Source: Candidatus Krumholzibacteriota bacterium | GTDB lineage: Bacteria > Krumholzibacteriota > Krumholzibacteriia > JAJRXK01 | Length of the DNA: 64,000 nucleotides | Direction of reading: 5' to 3' | NCBI GenBank assembly: GCA_963727455.1 | Contig: CAVSGG010000005.1 | Coordinates: 529,538 to 593,537 of the forward strand | In this document: piece after piece, positions 10,525 through 20,656 of the stretch | Layout of the letters: each line of letters starts with the position of its first letter | Numbering within the stretch: position 1 is the stretch's first letter | Notes under the pieces: generated by a model | The model's database searches: none | What the model was told of the DNA's origin: nothing | The model's input: only the letters and a program-made list of their open reading frames with translations | Translations under genes and position numbers: made by a program

Positions 10525-11753
10525 TGGCGAACACCTACCACTATCTCCGCGGGGGAGATAGTGCGTACGCCTTGGGCATCTCCTCCGCCTTGGAGCAAGA
10601 GGGGCACCAAGTCATTCCCTTCGCGATGAAGGGTGACGCGAATTTCGCCTCGGACTTCGCGCCCTACTTCACACCTGAGCTTGATTACCCTGCAATGCAA
10701 GCAGAGGGTGGACTGACAAATTCGTGGAGAGTGGTCAGTAATTCCATCTACAATCGACGGGCCCGGCGCAATCTTAGCCGGCTCTTGGACGAGCACCAGG
10801 TCGACCTGGTTCACCTTCACTCCATCATGCATCACCTCACCGCCTCCATCGTTCTGGAGTGTCGACAACGTGGTATCCCCATCGTGTGGACTCTCCACGA
10901 CGCCAAGGCGTGCTGTCCAACCACTCGGTTCATGCGCGAGGGAAGAGTGTGTCACGACTGCGCACAAGGACGCTTCTACCGTGCGGTGACCACCCGTTGC
11001 AAGCGCGGCAGTCTTGCCGCCTCGGCCATCGTGGCCTTCGAACTCTATCTACACCGTTGGTGGCGAATCTACGAGAGAGCCAACCTACTTTTAGCTCCCA
11101 GCCGGTTTCTGAGAGACCTTCTCGTCAACACGGGGCTTCGTCCCCATCGCTTCGAAGTGTTGCCGAACTACGTGGATGTCGCGGGCTTCGATCCCGCTCA
11201 GGGGAGCGGTGAGTATGCACTCTATGTCGGGAGACTCTCCCCCGAGAAGGGTCTCGATGTACTCTTGAAGGCGGCCGCCCGGGAGCCGAGGATGCCCCTG
11301 CGGATCGCCGGTTCGGGTGAAATGGAGGGCCAGTTGCGCCAGGAGTGTCGCGAGCGAGGTCTCGCCAACGTGCACTTCGAAGGGCATGTCGATCAGAGAC
11401 GAGTGAAGGAACTGCTGCACGATGCCCGCTGTCTCGTCCTTCCGAGTATCTGGGACGAGAATTGCCCCATCTCCATCCTGGAAGCGTTTGCCGCCGGAAG
11501 AGCGGTCCTGGCCAGTCGGAGTGGTGGGGTGCCCGAATTGGTCAGCCAGGGCGAGACGGGTCGCCTCGTCGAGCCCGGGAGGGTCGGTCCTCTGGCGGTT
11601 GCGCTCAAGGAGCTCGTGGAGGCGCCTGATGAATGGGTGCGTATGGGGCAGAAGGCTCGTGAGCAGGCCGAGCTTCGCTTCGACGCGAGCACCCACCTGG
11701 ACTCCTTGCTCGGCTATTACGAAGAGGTATTGGCTGTGCGGAAGAACGACTGA
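10512..11753 (+). CDS. Glycosyltransferase family 4
   Basis: MRILMAN..RGG, VWTLHD, VGRLSPEKG, ENCPISILEAFAAG. Confidence 0.88.
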   Translation: MRILMANTYHYLRGGDSAYALGISSALEQEGHQVIPFAMKGDANFASDFAPYFTPELDYPAMQAEGGLTNSWRVVSNSIYNRRARRNLSRLLDEHQVDLVHLHSIMHHLTASIVLECRQRGIPIVWTLHDAKACCPTTRFMREGRVCHDCAQGRFYRAVTTRCKRGSLAASAIVAFELYLHRWWRIYERANLLLAPSRFLRDLLVNTGLRPHRFEVLPNYVDVAGFDPAQGSGEYALYVGRLSPEKGLDVLLKAAAREPRMPLRIAGSGEMEGQLRQECRERGLANVHFEGHVDQRRVKELLHDARCLVLPSIWDENCPISILEAFAAGRAVLASRSGGVPELVSQGETGRLVEPGRVGPLAVALKELVEAPDEWVRMGQKAREQAELRFDASTHLDSLLGYYEEVLAVRKND

Positions 11754-11762
11754 GGTTCAGCG

Positions 11763-12875
11763 GTGCGTATTACCTTCGTCTCTCCTCCTCTGTACGCCAT
11801 GTTCGCGCGCCCCGACCTGCATTTTGCCGGGGGAGCGGAGTTTCAGCAGCTATCCCTGGCCCGGTGGCTGCGCGACCACGGACACGAGGTCTCGTTCGTG
11901 GTGGCCAACTTTGGACAGGGTGAGGTGGAGACGGCCGAAGGATTTCGCTTCTACCGCTCCTTCGTGCTGGGGGAGGGAAATCGCAAACTGCGCTTTCTTC
12001 CTGATATGATCAAGTTGCGCGAGGCCATTCACCGAAGTCGACCCGAAGTCGTCAACCAGCGCTCGACCTCCTTCTACACCGGCCAGTGCTGCTGGTTCAG
12101 CCACCAATGTGGCGCGGCCTTCACCTTTTCCCTGGGAATCGATTACAACTGCTGGCCCGATCTGCAGGGACGGGCCCCGAGGCCCATCCAGCAGCTCTAC
12201 CGCTGGGGGGTCGAGCATGCAGAGCTGGTTTTGGCCCAGACCGAGTGGCAAGCTGCTCTGATGGAGAGAAACTTTCAATGCACTCCGGACGTGCTTCCCA
12301 ACGTCCTGGAGATTCCCCCCGAGAGAAGCGACGGCGAAGAGGGGGATTACATCCTGTGGGTGGGCAGCCTCGCCAAGCGGAAGAGGCCCGAACTCTTCGT
12401 AGAGCTCGCGCGTGCGCTCCCGCAGCAGAACTTCGTTTTGGTTGGAGGGCCGGGAGAGGACCCGGGCTATGACGATGAAATGAAAAAGCACGCTTCCGAT
12501 CTGCAAAATCTCGAGTGGCGTGGCTTCGTGTCTCCGTCGGAAATCGAAGAGGTGTATCGGGGTGCCCATCTTCTGGTCGGAACCTCGCGCCTGGAGGGTC
12601 TTCCCAACACCTATCTGCAAGCCTGGTCGCATGGGGTTCCCGTGATCACGGTGAGTGTCGATCCTGACGGAGCCATCGCGGAGAAGGGTCTAGGGGAAGT
12701 GGTGGGAGAAGAGGGAAACCTGGCTCTGGCAGTGGAGAAATGGATCCGTGACGCTCGGCTCTGTCGAGAGGCCGGGGCGCGAGGGCGCGAGCACGTGCGC
12801 GCGCGACATGACATCGAGAACGTGGCCCCGCGAGCGGTCGAACTCTTCGAGCGAGCACGGAGGGGCCATGTCTGA
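11763..12875 (+). CDS. Glycosyltransferase family 4
   Basis: GGAEFQ, WVGSLAKRKRPE, EGLPNTYLQAW. Confidence 0.85.
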   Translation: MRITFVSPPLYAMFARPDLHFAGGAEFQQLSLARWLRDHGHEVSFVVANFGQGEVETAEGFRFYRSFVLGEGNRKLRFLPDMIKLREAIHRSRPEVVNQRSTSFYTGQCCWFSHQCGAAFTFSLGIDYNCWPDLQGRAPRPIQQLYRWGVEHAELVLAQTEWQAALMERNFQCTPDVLPNVLEIPPERSDGEEGDYILWVGSLAKRKRPELFVELARALPQQNFVLVGGPGEDPGYDDEMKKHASDLQNLEWRGFVSPSEIEEVYRGAHLLVGTSRLEGLPNTYLQAWSHGVPVITVSVDPDGAIAEKGLGEVVGEEGNLALAVEKWIRDARLCREAGARGREHVRARHDIENVAPRAVELFERARRGHV

Positions 12876-13983
12876 GAAAGTCCTTCGCGTTGCGATTCTC
12901 GGGACGCGCGGACTGCCGCCCCGCTACGGGGGACGGGAGACCGCAGCCGATGAGATCGGACGTCGCCTTGCCGCGCGTGGACACGAGGTAGTGGTGTACT
13001 GTCGTAACTACAACGTTTCCACCCCGCGACCGGCCGAGTATCAGGGCATTCGACTGGTTCATCTGCCGTCCATCCAGGAGAAGAACCTCGACACCCCTTT
13101 TCATCTTGTACTTTCTCTCATCCATTTGATTCTACGAGAAAGACCCCAGGTAGTGATTCTCAGCGGTTCAGGTACCGCCTTTGCCATCCCCATCCTGCAT
13201 CTTTTCAGGAAGAAAACCGTCATGTGGGTGGACGGGAAAGCGTGGACCCGCGGCAAGTGGGGAGCATTCGCGCGCTGGTATTTGAAGCGTTCCGCACTGT
13301 TCGGTGTCAGGCACAGTGATGCGATCATCACCGACACTCCTCTGGCGCATCGCTTCTATCTGGAGGAGATGGGCCGTGAGACCGACTACATTCCCTACGG
13401 CGCGCAGGTGGAGACGGGTGGAGGGACGGAAACGCTCGATCGCTTGGGACTCGTCCCCGAGCAATACCTGCTCTTCGTGGGGCGGTTGGTGCCGGAAAAG
13501 GGTGTGCAGTATCTCATCGAGGCCTTCGAGAGGATCGAAACCCCAAGACGCCTGGTGATCGTGGGGGATGACCCCTACCAGAAGGAGTTCGTCCAGGAGC
13601 TGAAGAGCACTCCGGACCCGCGGATACTCTTTACTGGCTATATCTTCGGGAAAGGCTTCCACGAGCTGATGCGCAACTGCCGCATCTATGTCCAGCCCAG
13701 TGACGTGGAGGGAACGAGTCCTGTACTCTTGAGTGCGATGGCCTACGGCCGGGCTGTCGTGGTCAACGGGATTCCGGAGAACTTGAATACCATGGGAGAT
13801 GCCGGTCTTTCGTTTGCGCCAGGCGATGTTTCCCAACTGCAGGACAGACTCGAGGAACTGATGGAGGACGAAGAGAAGATTCGAGAACTCGGACGCCGTG
13901 CATCAGATCGAGTGCGTGCCCTGTACGATTGGGACAAGATTACTGACACCTTTGCTGCTCTACTCACAAGTTTGACAGATTGA
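12868..13983 (+). CDS. Glycosyltransferase family 4 (DUF1972-type N-terminus)
   Basis: ILGTRGLPPRYGGRET, VGRLVPEKG, EGTSPVLLSAMAYG. Confidence 0.88.
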   Translation: MSEKVLRVAILGTRGLPPRYGGRETAADEIGRRLAARGHEVVVYCRNYNVSTPRPAEYQGIRLVHLPSIQEKNLDTPFHLVLSLIHLILRERPQVVILSGSGTAFAIPILHLFRKKTVMWVDGKAWTRGKWGAFARWYLKRSALFGVRHSDAIITDTPLAHRFYLEEMGRETDYIPYGAQVETGGGTETLDRLGLVPEQYLLFVGRLVPEKGVQYLIEAFERIETPRRLVIVGDDPYQKEFVQELKSTPDPRILFTGYIFGKGFHELMRNCRIYVQPSDVEGTSPVLLSAMAYGRAVVVNGIPENLNTMGDAGLSFAPGDVSQLQDRLEELMEDEEKIRELGRRASDRVRALYDWDKITDTFAALLTSLTD

Positions 13984-14024
13984 CCGCGCACAACTGACGG
14001 GAGGATGAACGGTCTGCCACTCGA

Positions 14025-15572
14025 CTACTTATCCTCTCTCGATTTTGGAGCCCAGTAGATCGCTTTGCCCATACCACTTGTGTCGTGGCGCAGCTCGTAT
14101 TCCTCCTGCCATCTTCGACGTTGCGCCTTGGTGCGAAAAAGCGCGTAATGAATGAAATCCTCTTTGATAACGCTCTCACCCTTTAAGCTTCTATCCAGAA
14201 TGAAAACCCGCGGATGGTAAGTATCCATGAGGTCACCGATGAAAACCGAATCACTTCTGGAATGCTCGAGCGCGAGATCGCGTGAGACCAGAGCACCCAA
14301 ATCCAAGATTTTGCGCTTGGAGGCCCAGCCAATCAGACCAATGTCACCGGTCGCCACCAGATCGTCGCGATTCGTGTTGGATTGAAGCCAATCCGCAACT
14401 TTCTGATAACGGCCACCTACGGATTCTCGAATCCTCGCGCTTCGATAGCTCTGAAGGGTCATGGAAATCAGGATGAGTCCAATAGCGAAGGTGGTTGCTA
14501 CGGATGGCTTCCGCAGTATGCGCAAGATTCCTGTGGGAAGAGTGATGCTGAGCAGAAGAACGAAACAGAGACAGCTGGGGACGCCGTACCAGGAGAAGAG
14601 CCGACCCGGATGTCCGAGCAAGTAGAAGGAAATGTAGGCGAGTAGCGAAAGCGTCAGCAAAAATCCCATGCTCGAAATGGCTCTTAGGTGACGCTTCAAA
14701 AACCAAGCGAGAAGGATGAGGCAGAGTAGGCCCAAAACAGAGGTTGCAAGAACCCCCATCCGGAGAAATACAGTATCGGGTAAACCAAAGAGCAAAGAGC
14801 TAATGTAGAGTGACAGATCAGCAAAGCTGTGAACGGCATTCAGCGAAGTACTGGCCTTCGCAAGAGCCGAATTGGGAAGAATGGAGCCATACTGAGTGAT
14901 CGCAAGTATGAACCAACCCAAGCCCATGACTGCGGCAATTACCGCACTGATCAAGGCCGATGTGAATCTCCGGAATGCCGCGACAGCCAATAAGACTCCA
15001 AAGAGGATGACGCCCTCCGGGCGTGTCAATCCGGTGACTCCACCCCAAACTCCTCGCACTACGCTTCGGCCCTTCAAATGTGCTTCCCACATCCCGAGGA
15101 TACCCAAGAGGAATAGCGGCGTTTCCATGCCCTCGATCGAACTGTCCACGAAAGCAAACCATACGGTAAAGATCATTGCTCCGAAGAGCGCACTCTCCTG
15201 TGAGAAAGAAGTCAAGAGTCTCCAGATGAACCACAGTCCCACGAGGTAGCAAAGAATCCCTAACCAGGGAAGAAAGGCAATGAGTGTTGCATCGGGAAGC
15301 ATTTTCGCCAAGGCGGCGAGGAGGTACATGTATAGGGGCGAGGTGAACCCCATTACAATTTCGCCCTGATTGTATACTAGGCCCAGGCCAGCCCGAAAAT
15401 TCTCTGCATATCGCAGGTAGATGTAGGTATCATCGATGAAGAGGCCGCCGCTCAGTCGGTGGGCAAGAAGCCTCAGGACGATTCCTATCCCTGCCAACAG
15501 CAGGAGATACCCAGGAATAGTCTCTTGAAGCTCGGCCTTCCTCGGAGAACCTTTAGCTGCAGAGTTCCACAT
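14025..15572 (-). CDS. GT-C-like membrane glycosyltransferase (AftB/PMT-like)
   Basis: DDTYIYLRYAENF..GLVYN.GE..GFTSPLY, GMETPL, TRPEG, DIGLIGW..ILDLGALV. Confidence 0.72.
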   Translation of the reverse strand: MWNSAAKGSPRKAELQETIPGYLLLLAGIGIVLRLLAHRLSGGLFIDDTYIYLRYAENFRAGLGLVYNQGEIVMGFTSPLYMYLLAALAKMLPDATLIAFLPWLGILCYLVGLWFIWRLLTSFSQESALFGAMIFTVWFAFVDSSIEGMETPLFLLGILGMWEAHLKGRSVVRGVWGGVTGLTRPEGVILFGVLLAVAAFRRFTSALISAVIAAVMGLGWFILAITQYGSILPNSALAKASTSLNAVHSFADLSLYISSLLFGLPDTVFLRMGVLATSVLGLLCLILLAWFLKRHLRAISSMGFLLTLSLLAYISFYLLGHPGRLFSWYGVPSCLCFVLLLSITLPTGILRILRKPSVATTFAIGLILISMTLQSYRSARIRESVGGRYQKVADWLQSNTNRDDLVATGDIGLIGWASKRKILDLGALVSRDLALEHSRSDSVFIGDLMDTYHPRVFILDRSLKGESVIKEDFIHYALFRTKAQRRRWQEEYELRHDTSGMGKAIYWAPKSREDK

Positions 15573-15582
15573 ATTGCAGCCC

Positions 15583-16857
15583 TTATTCGACAGTGTTGAC
15601 GTAATTGCGCCCGGACTTGATCTGAATGGCGCGTGCAACGAAGACCGGAAGAAAGGCGCCCAGTCGGTAGACGTTTTCGGGATAGCGGAGATAGCGGGCG
15701 ATCCCGAAGTACAGGGGGTGCATCACGGGCACGAAGACTCCACCAACGGCTCGAGCCGCCCGAAAATGGGTCAGGAAGTTGTCCCGAAGGTTCACGGGGA
15801 AACTCCTGTCTCCCGCTGCGGAAATGTCCGCGAAGTGCTGCCCGATGCTCAGTGTCCTTCGAACACCTTTCGTCGTCGGGAGGTGCAGGGGCAAATAGTA
15901 GCCATTGCGATACATGGTTTCATAACGATAGCCGGCCGCTTCCACCGCATCCCGCGTGCGTGGAGTGGTGTTGGTGCGGAGCTCACCTCCATGCATACAG
16001 ACACCCTCGACCTCTGCCCCAACTAGCTCCGCCAGAGTTCTCTTCTCTTCGATCGCAGCGGCTTCTTCGGTCCCAAAACGGCTCTGGGCCGTGGTCACGA
16101 ACTCACCATGAAGCGCAACCTCGTGCCCACGCATCTTCGCGACGCAATTGCGAATTTCCCGGTTGCCGTAGAACAGCCCCATGGGTCGCAAGTAAACGGT
16201 GCTTCTCAGTCCGAAGGTTTCTTCGAGCGCATGGATGGCGGGGAGGTTCACGATGGCCTTGTCGACGTCGTAGCGTGTCGATACTGCCGCACGATAGGGG
16301 CGACCATCACGGTGCGGCAGGGTCCAGATCCGAAGCTCCGGAAGGCCCTTTGCCCGGTGGGCTTCTCTCAGGAGATTACGCAGTCTATCTAGAGCCTTCT
16401 CGTCGAAACGTTGGTGCTTTTCAGCAGAGCGGCGGAGTTCTTCGAGCTGGATTCGTGCCGCCCTGGATTCGAGGCTCGGGTCGTTTTCCGGCGACCCGAG
16501 CATATGCCCGTAACCAAGGTGAGAAATCACTTCCCGCGCGAAGGGATCCGAGAACTCTGTTCCGAGAGTCGGCAGTCCCTGATCAGGTGAAGTGGAATCG
16601 AGAGGAAAGGGAGGGATGCGGAGTTCGGTTCTGTCCACCTCGACGACCGCATTCTCCAGATGGGTGTCCAGGCGGCCCTCGGCGTCCAGTGTCAGACTAG
16701 CCTCTTGGCGTTGCTCCCACCAGCTTGCGATCTCCCTTTGGGGGACACACCACACGTCTCCATCGGCGCGTACTTCTTCCAGGAATTCGCGGTAGGCGGG
16801 GGCATCCTTCATGAAGCGATGACGCGCGATCGCACGCTTGATCATCGCCAGATTCAT
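15583..16857 (-). CDS. Polysaccharide deacetylase (NodB/CE4-like) protein
   Basis: RYDVD, STVYL, HEVALHGE, GVCMHGG, VMHPLY motifs. Confidence 0.62.
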   Translation of the reverse strand: MNLAMIKRAIARHRFMKDAPAYREFLEEVRADGDVWCVPQREIASWWEQRQEASLTLDAEGRLDTHLENAVVEVDRTELRIPPFPLDSTSPDQGLPTLGTEFSDPFAREVISHLGYGHMLGSPENDPSLESRAARIQLEELRRSAEKHQRFDEKALDRLRNLLREAHRAKGLPELRIWTLPHRDGRPYRAAVSTRYDVDKAIVNLPAIHALEETFGLRSTVYLRPMGLFYGNREIRNCVAKMRGHEVALHGEFVTTAQSRFGTEEAAAIEEKRTLAELVGAEVEGVCMHGGELRTNTTPRTRDAVEAAGYRYETMYRNGYYLPLHLPTTKGVRRTLSIGQHFADISAAGDRSFPVNLRDNFLTHFRAARAVGGVFVPVMHPLYFGIARYLRYPENVYRLGAFLPVFVARAIQIKSGRNYVNTVE

Positions 16858-17120
16858 TCCGAAGAATCCTCGAGAGAGCTCTCCACGAAGCTGATCATTT
16901 GATCCAAACTGTCGAAGATCTGGAAGTTATCGTCGTCGATATAGATGCCAAATCGCTCTTCGATCGCGGTCAGGAGTTCGATGCCGCTCATGGAGTCCAT
17001 ACCCAAGCCTCCTGAAAAGACGGGCACATCAGTGGGCAAGTCCTCCGGTGCGATGGCACCGTCCAGCGCTCGGGAAACGATGGCTCGAATGTCCGTTTCG
17101 ATCGCCTCGCGCGAACTCAT
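16854..17120 (-). CDS. Acyl carrier protein
   Basis: Acidic 88-aa protein with GLGMDSMSGIELLTAIEERFGI phosphopantetheine site. Confidence 0.9.
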   Translation of the reverse strand: MSSREAIETDIRAIVSRALDGAIAPEDLPTDVPVFSGGLGMDSMSGIELLTAIEERFGIYIDDDNFQIFDSLDQMISFVESSLEDSSE

Positions 17121-18166
17121 GAGGGTTCCCCAATCGATCGCGGTGTCAAGGTCACCCAACTCGGACATTCGATGCTACCCTTGGAAAGGTCGAAGACGAA
17201 CACGCTCGACTCTTCGTTGCTCAAGTTCTGGTCTTTTTCGAAGCCCATAATCTTGTAGAGAAGTCCGATCTGACGATTTCGCTCGGTTCGGATGTATTTA
17301 GCTCTAAGCCAACGGCAGCCGCTTTCTTGGGCGAGTCGACCCAGGTGAGAGAGAAAGGCTGTCCCGAGTCCTCTTCCTGCAACTCGGCAGGAGAGGAGTA
17401 GAATCTCGATATTCCATGCATCGGGTTCGTGGCGGATGAGCGACACGCCACAGCGTCCATAATCTCCGTGTTTGTCCTCGAGAGAGCACACGTGAAACGA
17501 CATTTCCTTCGCACGGAAGAACTCCAAGATCTCCTCGTCGCTGTAGCGGATTCCAGTGGAATTGAACTGGTTGGTTCTCGTCACCAGTTCACTGATTCTG
17601 GGGAGATCATCTTCGTCTGCGAGCCACGGAGTTGCGACCATATCGAGAGACGTGAGGAAAGCTTCACGGCGGCCCTCGTGCTCTTCTTCCAGTCGCTTGC
17701 GCTCCGCCTCTTCGACGTACATGCGTCCTCTGGCACGCGCCTCGGGGGTATCGTAGTTGAGCTGGAATTCGGGAAGCTCGATCAACTTTCGATAATCCAG
17801 AGCGTCATAAGTGCGCACTTCCGGCAGCATGGCTTGCACGGACTCTCGCTCGAAGGGATTGTCATCGACGAAAGCCACTGCATCGAGTCCGATGTTGAGG
17901 GTCTCCACGATCCTCTTGATGTTGTCTTCCTTCGGATCCCAATTCACTTGCGGATGGACGAAGTACTGCATGAGGCCGAAGTTCTCCACAAATTCGAGGG
18001 CCTTTTCCTCGTTCTTGGAGGCGATCGACTGCACGAGTCCTCGTTCTTTCAATTCCGCGAGCACGTCGGTGATGCCCGGACGGAGTTGAACCTCCGGATC
18101 CTCCAGACAAATCCCGTCCCACAGCGTATTATCGAGGTCCCAGATCACACATTTGATGCCGGCCAT
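17117..18166 (-). CDS. fkbH: FkbH-like HAD-IIIC phosphatase/glyceryl-ACP synthase with C-terminal GNAT-like domain
   Basis: WDLDNTLW, SIASKN, FVDDNPFER, RTNQFN, LLSCRVAGRG. Confidence 0.92.
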   Translation of the reverse strand: MAGIKCVIWDLDNTLWDGICLEDPEVQLRPGITDVLAELKERGLVQSIASKNEEKALEFVENFGLMQYFVHPQVNWDPKEDNIKRIVETLNIGLDAVAFVDDNPFERESVQAMLPEVRTYDALDYRKLIELPEFQLNYDTPEARARGRMYVEEAERKRLEEEHEGRREAFLTSLDMVATPWLADEDDLPRISELVTRTNQFNSTGIRYSDEEILEFFRAKEMSFHVCSLEDKHGDYGRCGVSLIRHEPDAWNIEILLLSCRVAGRGLGTAFLSHLGRLAQESGCRWLRAKYIRTERNRQIGLLYKIMGFEKDQNLSNEESSVFVFDLSKGSIECPSWVTLTPRSIGEPS

Positions 18167-18183
18167 GTGGGAATCTCCCATAC

Positions 18184-18714
18184 TCAGGGGAGCTTTCGCT
18201 CCATTCGCTGTGCTGAGGGCTTGCGCAAAGGGCGCAGGCCCTTCTTGAATTCTTCCATGCTCTTGCGATAGCCGAGTGTCTTGGTGACACGGGCCATGGG
18301 CTTGGCCTCCGGCGATCCACCGACCAGAGTATAGTCGGGGACACTCTTGGTAACCACGGATCCCGCGGCTACCACCGCGCCCTCGCCAATGCGAACGTTG
18401 GGCATGATGACGGAGTTGGGACCGATAAAGGCGTCTGGACCAATTTCGACCGACCCTACCCCTCTCATGTGCGAGATGATGATCACCGAAATTCCGATCA
18501 CGGAGCGGTCGTGGATGGTCACTTTCTCCGGATACTCGTCATCGATGTAGACGTTCGCTCCCAGGAAGATCTTACCATCGATCTTGACGCCCCGGGCGCG
18601 GTGAAGCCACACACGTAGGCTCTCCGAGCCTGGGCAGAGTCTCGCCCATACGTGCAAGACTCTCTGAAAAACTCGTTGAGGAAGTCGGAGGAATCGCGAT
18701 AATTCGCTATTCAT
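18184..18714 (-). CDS. Hexapeptide-repeat (LbH) acyltransferase
   Basis: VEIGPDAFIGPNSVIMPNVRIGEGAVVAAGSVVTKSVP repeats. Confidence 0.85.
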   Translation of the reverse strand: MNSELSRFLRLPQRVFQRVLHVWARLCPGSESLRVWLHRARGVKIDGKIFLGANVYIDDEYPEKVTIHDRSVIGISVIIISHMRGVGSVEIGPDAFIGPNSVIMPNVRIGEGAVVAAGSVVTKSVPDYTLVGGSPEAKPMARVTKTLGYRKSMEEFKKGLRPLRKPSAQRMERKLP

Positions 18715-18775
18715 GGTAAGCTCGATTTTATCGCAGGATCCTGAAGTTCTGCAAGAGTTTAGGGAGATCAAGCGG

Positions 18776-20644
18776 ATGTGTGGGATCGCCGGCGCTGCGT
18801 TCGGTCGCGAGGAATTCCTCGAGGACGGTGAGCTGCGCGAGCGCCTTCAGCGGATGAGTCGGGCCATCCGTCACCGTGGACCGGACGATGCCGGGATCGA
18901 GACCTTTGGCCGCTGCGGACTGGCGTTCGTTCGTCTCTCGATCATCGACCTCGAGGGCGGTCACCAGCCCATGGCCAGCCCATCCGGGCGCTACACCGTC
19001 GTCTTCAATGGCGAAATTTACAACTTCCGCGAACTTCGCCGAGACCTCGAGTCCCGGGGCTGGCAATTCCGGACCAAGAGCGATACCGAAGTCCTGTTGG
19101 CGATGTACGAGGTCCATGGCGAAGACATGCTGGCACGGCTTAACGGCATGTTCGCCTTCATGATCTATGATCGGGAACGAAATGTACTTTTCGGTGCCCG
19201 GGACCGCCTCGGAATCAAACCGCTCTTCTATGCACCGACGGAGGGGGGCATGGTCTTCGCCAGCGAACTTCCCTCCATTCGGGCGTGGGGCCTGCCGGCC
19301 GCAGAGATCGATCCGCAGGCTTTCTCGGACTATTTGAGCTATGGCTTCGTATGCTCACCCCGGACCATCTATCGAAATGTGTATTCTCTGCCGCCTGGAC
19401 ACTCGATACGCCTCGAGGATGGCAAGATCGAGACTCAGCGCTACTGGCAAGTAATGCGCGACGACAGCGTTCCGAGGAACATGGATGAAGCCGTCGATGC
19501 CCTCGAAGCACTCCTGGAATCCGCAGTCAGCCTGCGCACCGTCGCCGATGTTCCTCTCGGCGCTCTCTTGAGCGGGGGGATCGATTCCGGCCTCGTGACC
19601 GTCATGCTGGCCCGGTCCTCGTCGAGTGCAGTTCGCACCTTTTCCGTAGGTTTCGAGGAGGAAGGATTCGACGAGCTTCCCTGGGCGCGGCGGGTCGCGG
19701 AGATGTACGGAACGGAGCATACCGAAATCATGTGCCGTCCCTCGATTCGCGATCTGGTCGCCAAGCTCGCTGTCGGCTACGGACAGCCCTTCGGCGATTC
19801 GAGTGCAATTCCCTCGTTTCTGGTTTGTCAGGAGGCTCGTCGCCACGTGACGGTCGCCCTCAGTGGCGATGGTGGAGATGAAGTTTTCGCCGGATATCAG
19901 AGACACACAGAGATGGCTCGTTGGAGGCCCTCACCCTTGCGCCCAGGAGCTGCGCTGCTTTATCAGCTTCTGCACCGGCTCTTGCCACCCATGACCAAGG
20001 GGATGAGTCGCATGCGACGGGCGGGCTTGTCAGAGCGGGAGCGACAGATAGATACGCTCGTCGTTCTAAGCGAAGGCTATAAAGAGTGGCTGGCGGGCCC
20101 ACGACTTTTCCCGGCCTTAAGTCGAGAGACAAGTCTCGAACTGGCTCGTCGTGCGGGTGGACCCTTCGAAAGGGAAGGGGGGGTCCGACGATTTCAGCAC
20201 CAGGATCTCGTCATGTACTTGCCGAACGATGTTCTTCAGAAAGTGGATCGCGCCAGCATGCTCAATTCCCTGGAGGTGCGCGTTCCACTCCTGGATCACC
20301 GTATCGTGGAATTCGGTCTCAATTTGGCAACGTCCCTTAAGAACGACGGAGCAAACGGCAAGCTGGTCCTCAGAGAACTCGGGAGAAAGGTTTTGCCAGA
20401 GGGACACCTCAAGAAGCCCAAGACCGGTTTCTCGGTTCCCATCGATCGTTGGCTTCGCGAGGAGCTGGATGATCTGGTCCAGGACTCCCTGGAACATTCC
20501 CATCTGGCAGAAGAGGGGTGGTTGAAGCAGACTTCACTACACCAGATCATGGATTCGCACCGGCAAGGGCGTTCAATGGCCAGCGCGTTGTGGTTCTTGA
20601 TGATGGCGGAGCTCTGGTACCGGGATGCTCGCACATATCGGTAG
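18776..20644 (+). CDS. asnB: Asparagine synthase (glutamine-hydrolysing)-like amidotransferase
   Basis: MCGIAG, HRGPDD, FNGEIYNF, LSGGIDS, SGDGGDE, KVDRASM. Confidence 0.93.
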   Translation: MCGIAGAAFGREEFLEDGELRERLQRMSRAIRHRGPDDAGIETFGRCGLAFVRLSIIDLEGGHQPMASPSGRYTVVFNGEIYNFRELRRDLESRGWQFRTKSDTEVLLAMYEVHGEDMLARLNGMFAFMIYDRERNVLFGARDRLGIKPLFYAPTEGGMVFASELPSIRAWGLPAAEIDPQAFSDYLSYGFVCSPRTIYRNVYSLPPGHSIRLEDGKIETQRYWQVMRDDSVPRNMDEAVDALEALLESAVSLRTVADVPLGALLSGGIDSGLVTVMLARSSSSAVRTFSVGFEEEGFDELPWARRVAEMYGTEHTEIMCRPSIRDLVAKLAVGYGQPFGDSSAIPSFLVCQEARRHVTVALSGDGGDEVFAGYQRHTEMARWRPSPLRPGAALLYQLLHRLLPPMTKGMSRMRRAGLSERERQIDTLVVLSEGYKEWLAGPRLFPALSRETSLELARRAGGPFEREGGVRRFQHQDLVMYLPNDVLQKVDRASMLNSLEVRVPLLDHRIVEFGLNLATSLKNDGANGKLVLRELGRKVLPEGHLKKPKTGFSVPIDRWLREELDDLVQDSLEHSHLAEEGWLKQTSLHQIMDSHRQGRSMASALWFLMMAELWYRDARTYR

Positions 20645-20656
20645 AGGAGTAGGTGA

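Noticed and set aside
16854-20644. FkbH+ACP+AsnB as a polyketide, tetronate or lasso-peptide cluster
   Set aside because: No KS, AT, NRPS, FabH-like enzyme, lasso precursor or B protein; the flanks are glycosyltransferases.
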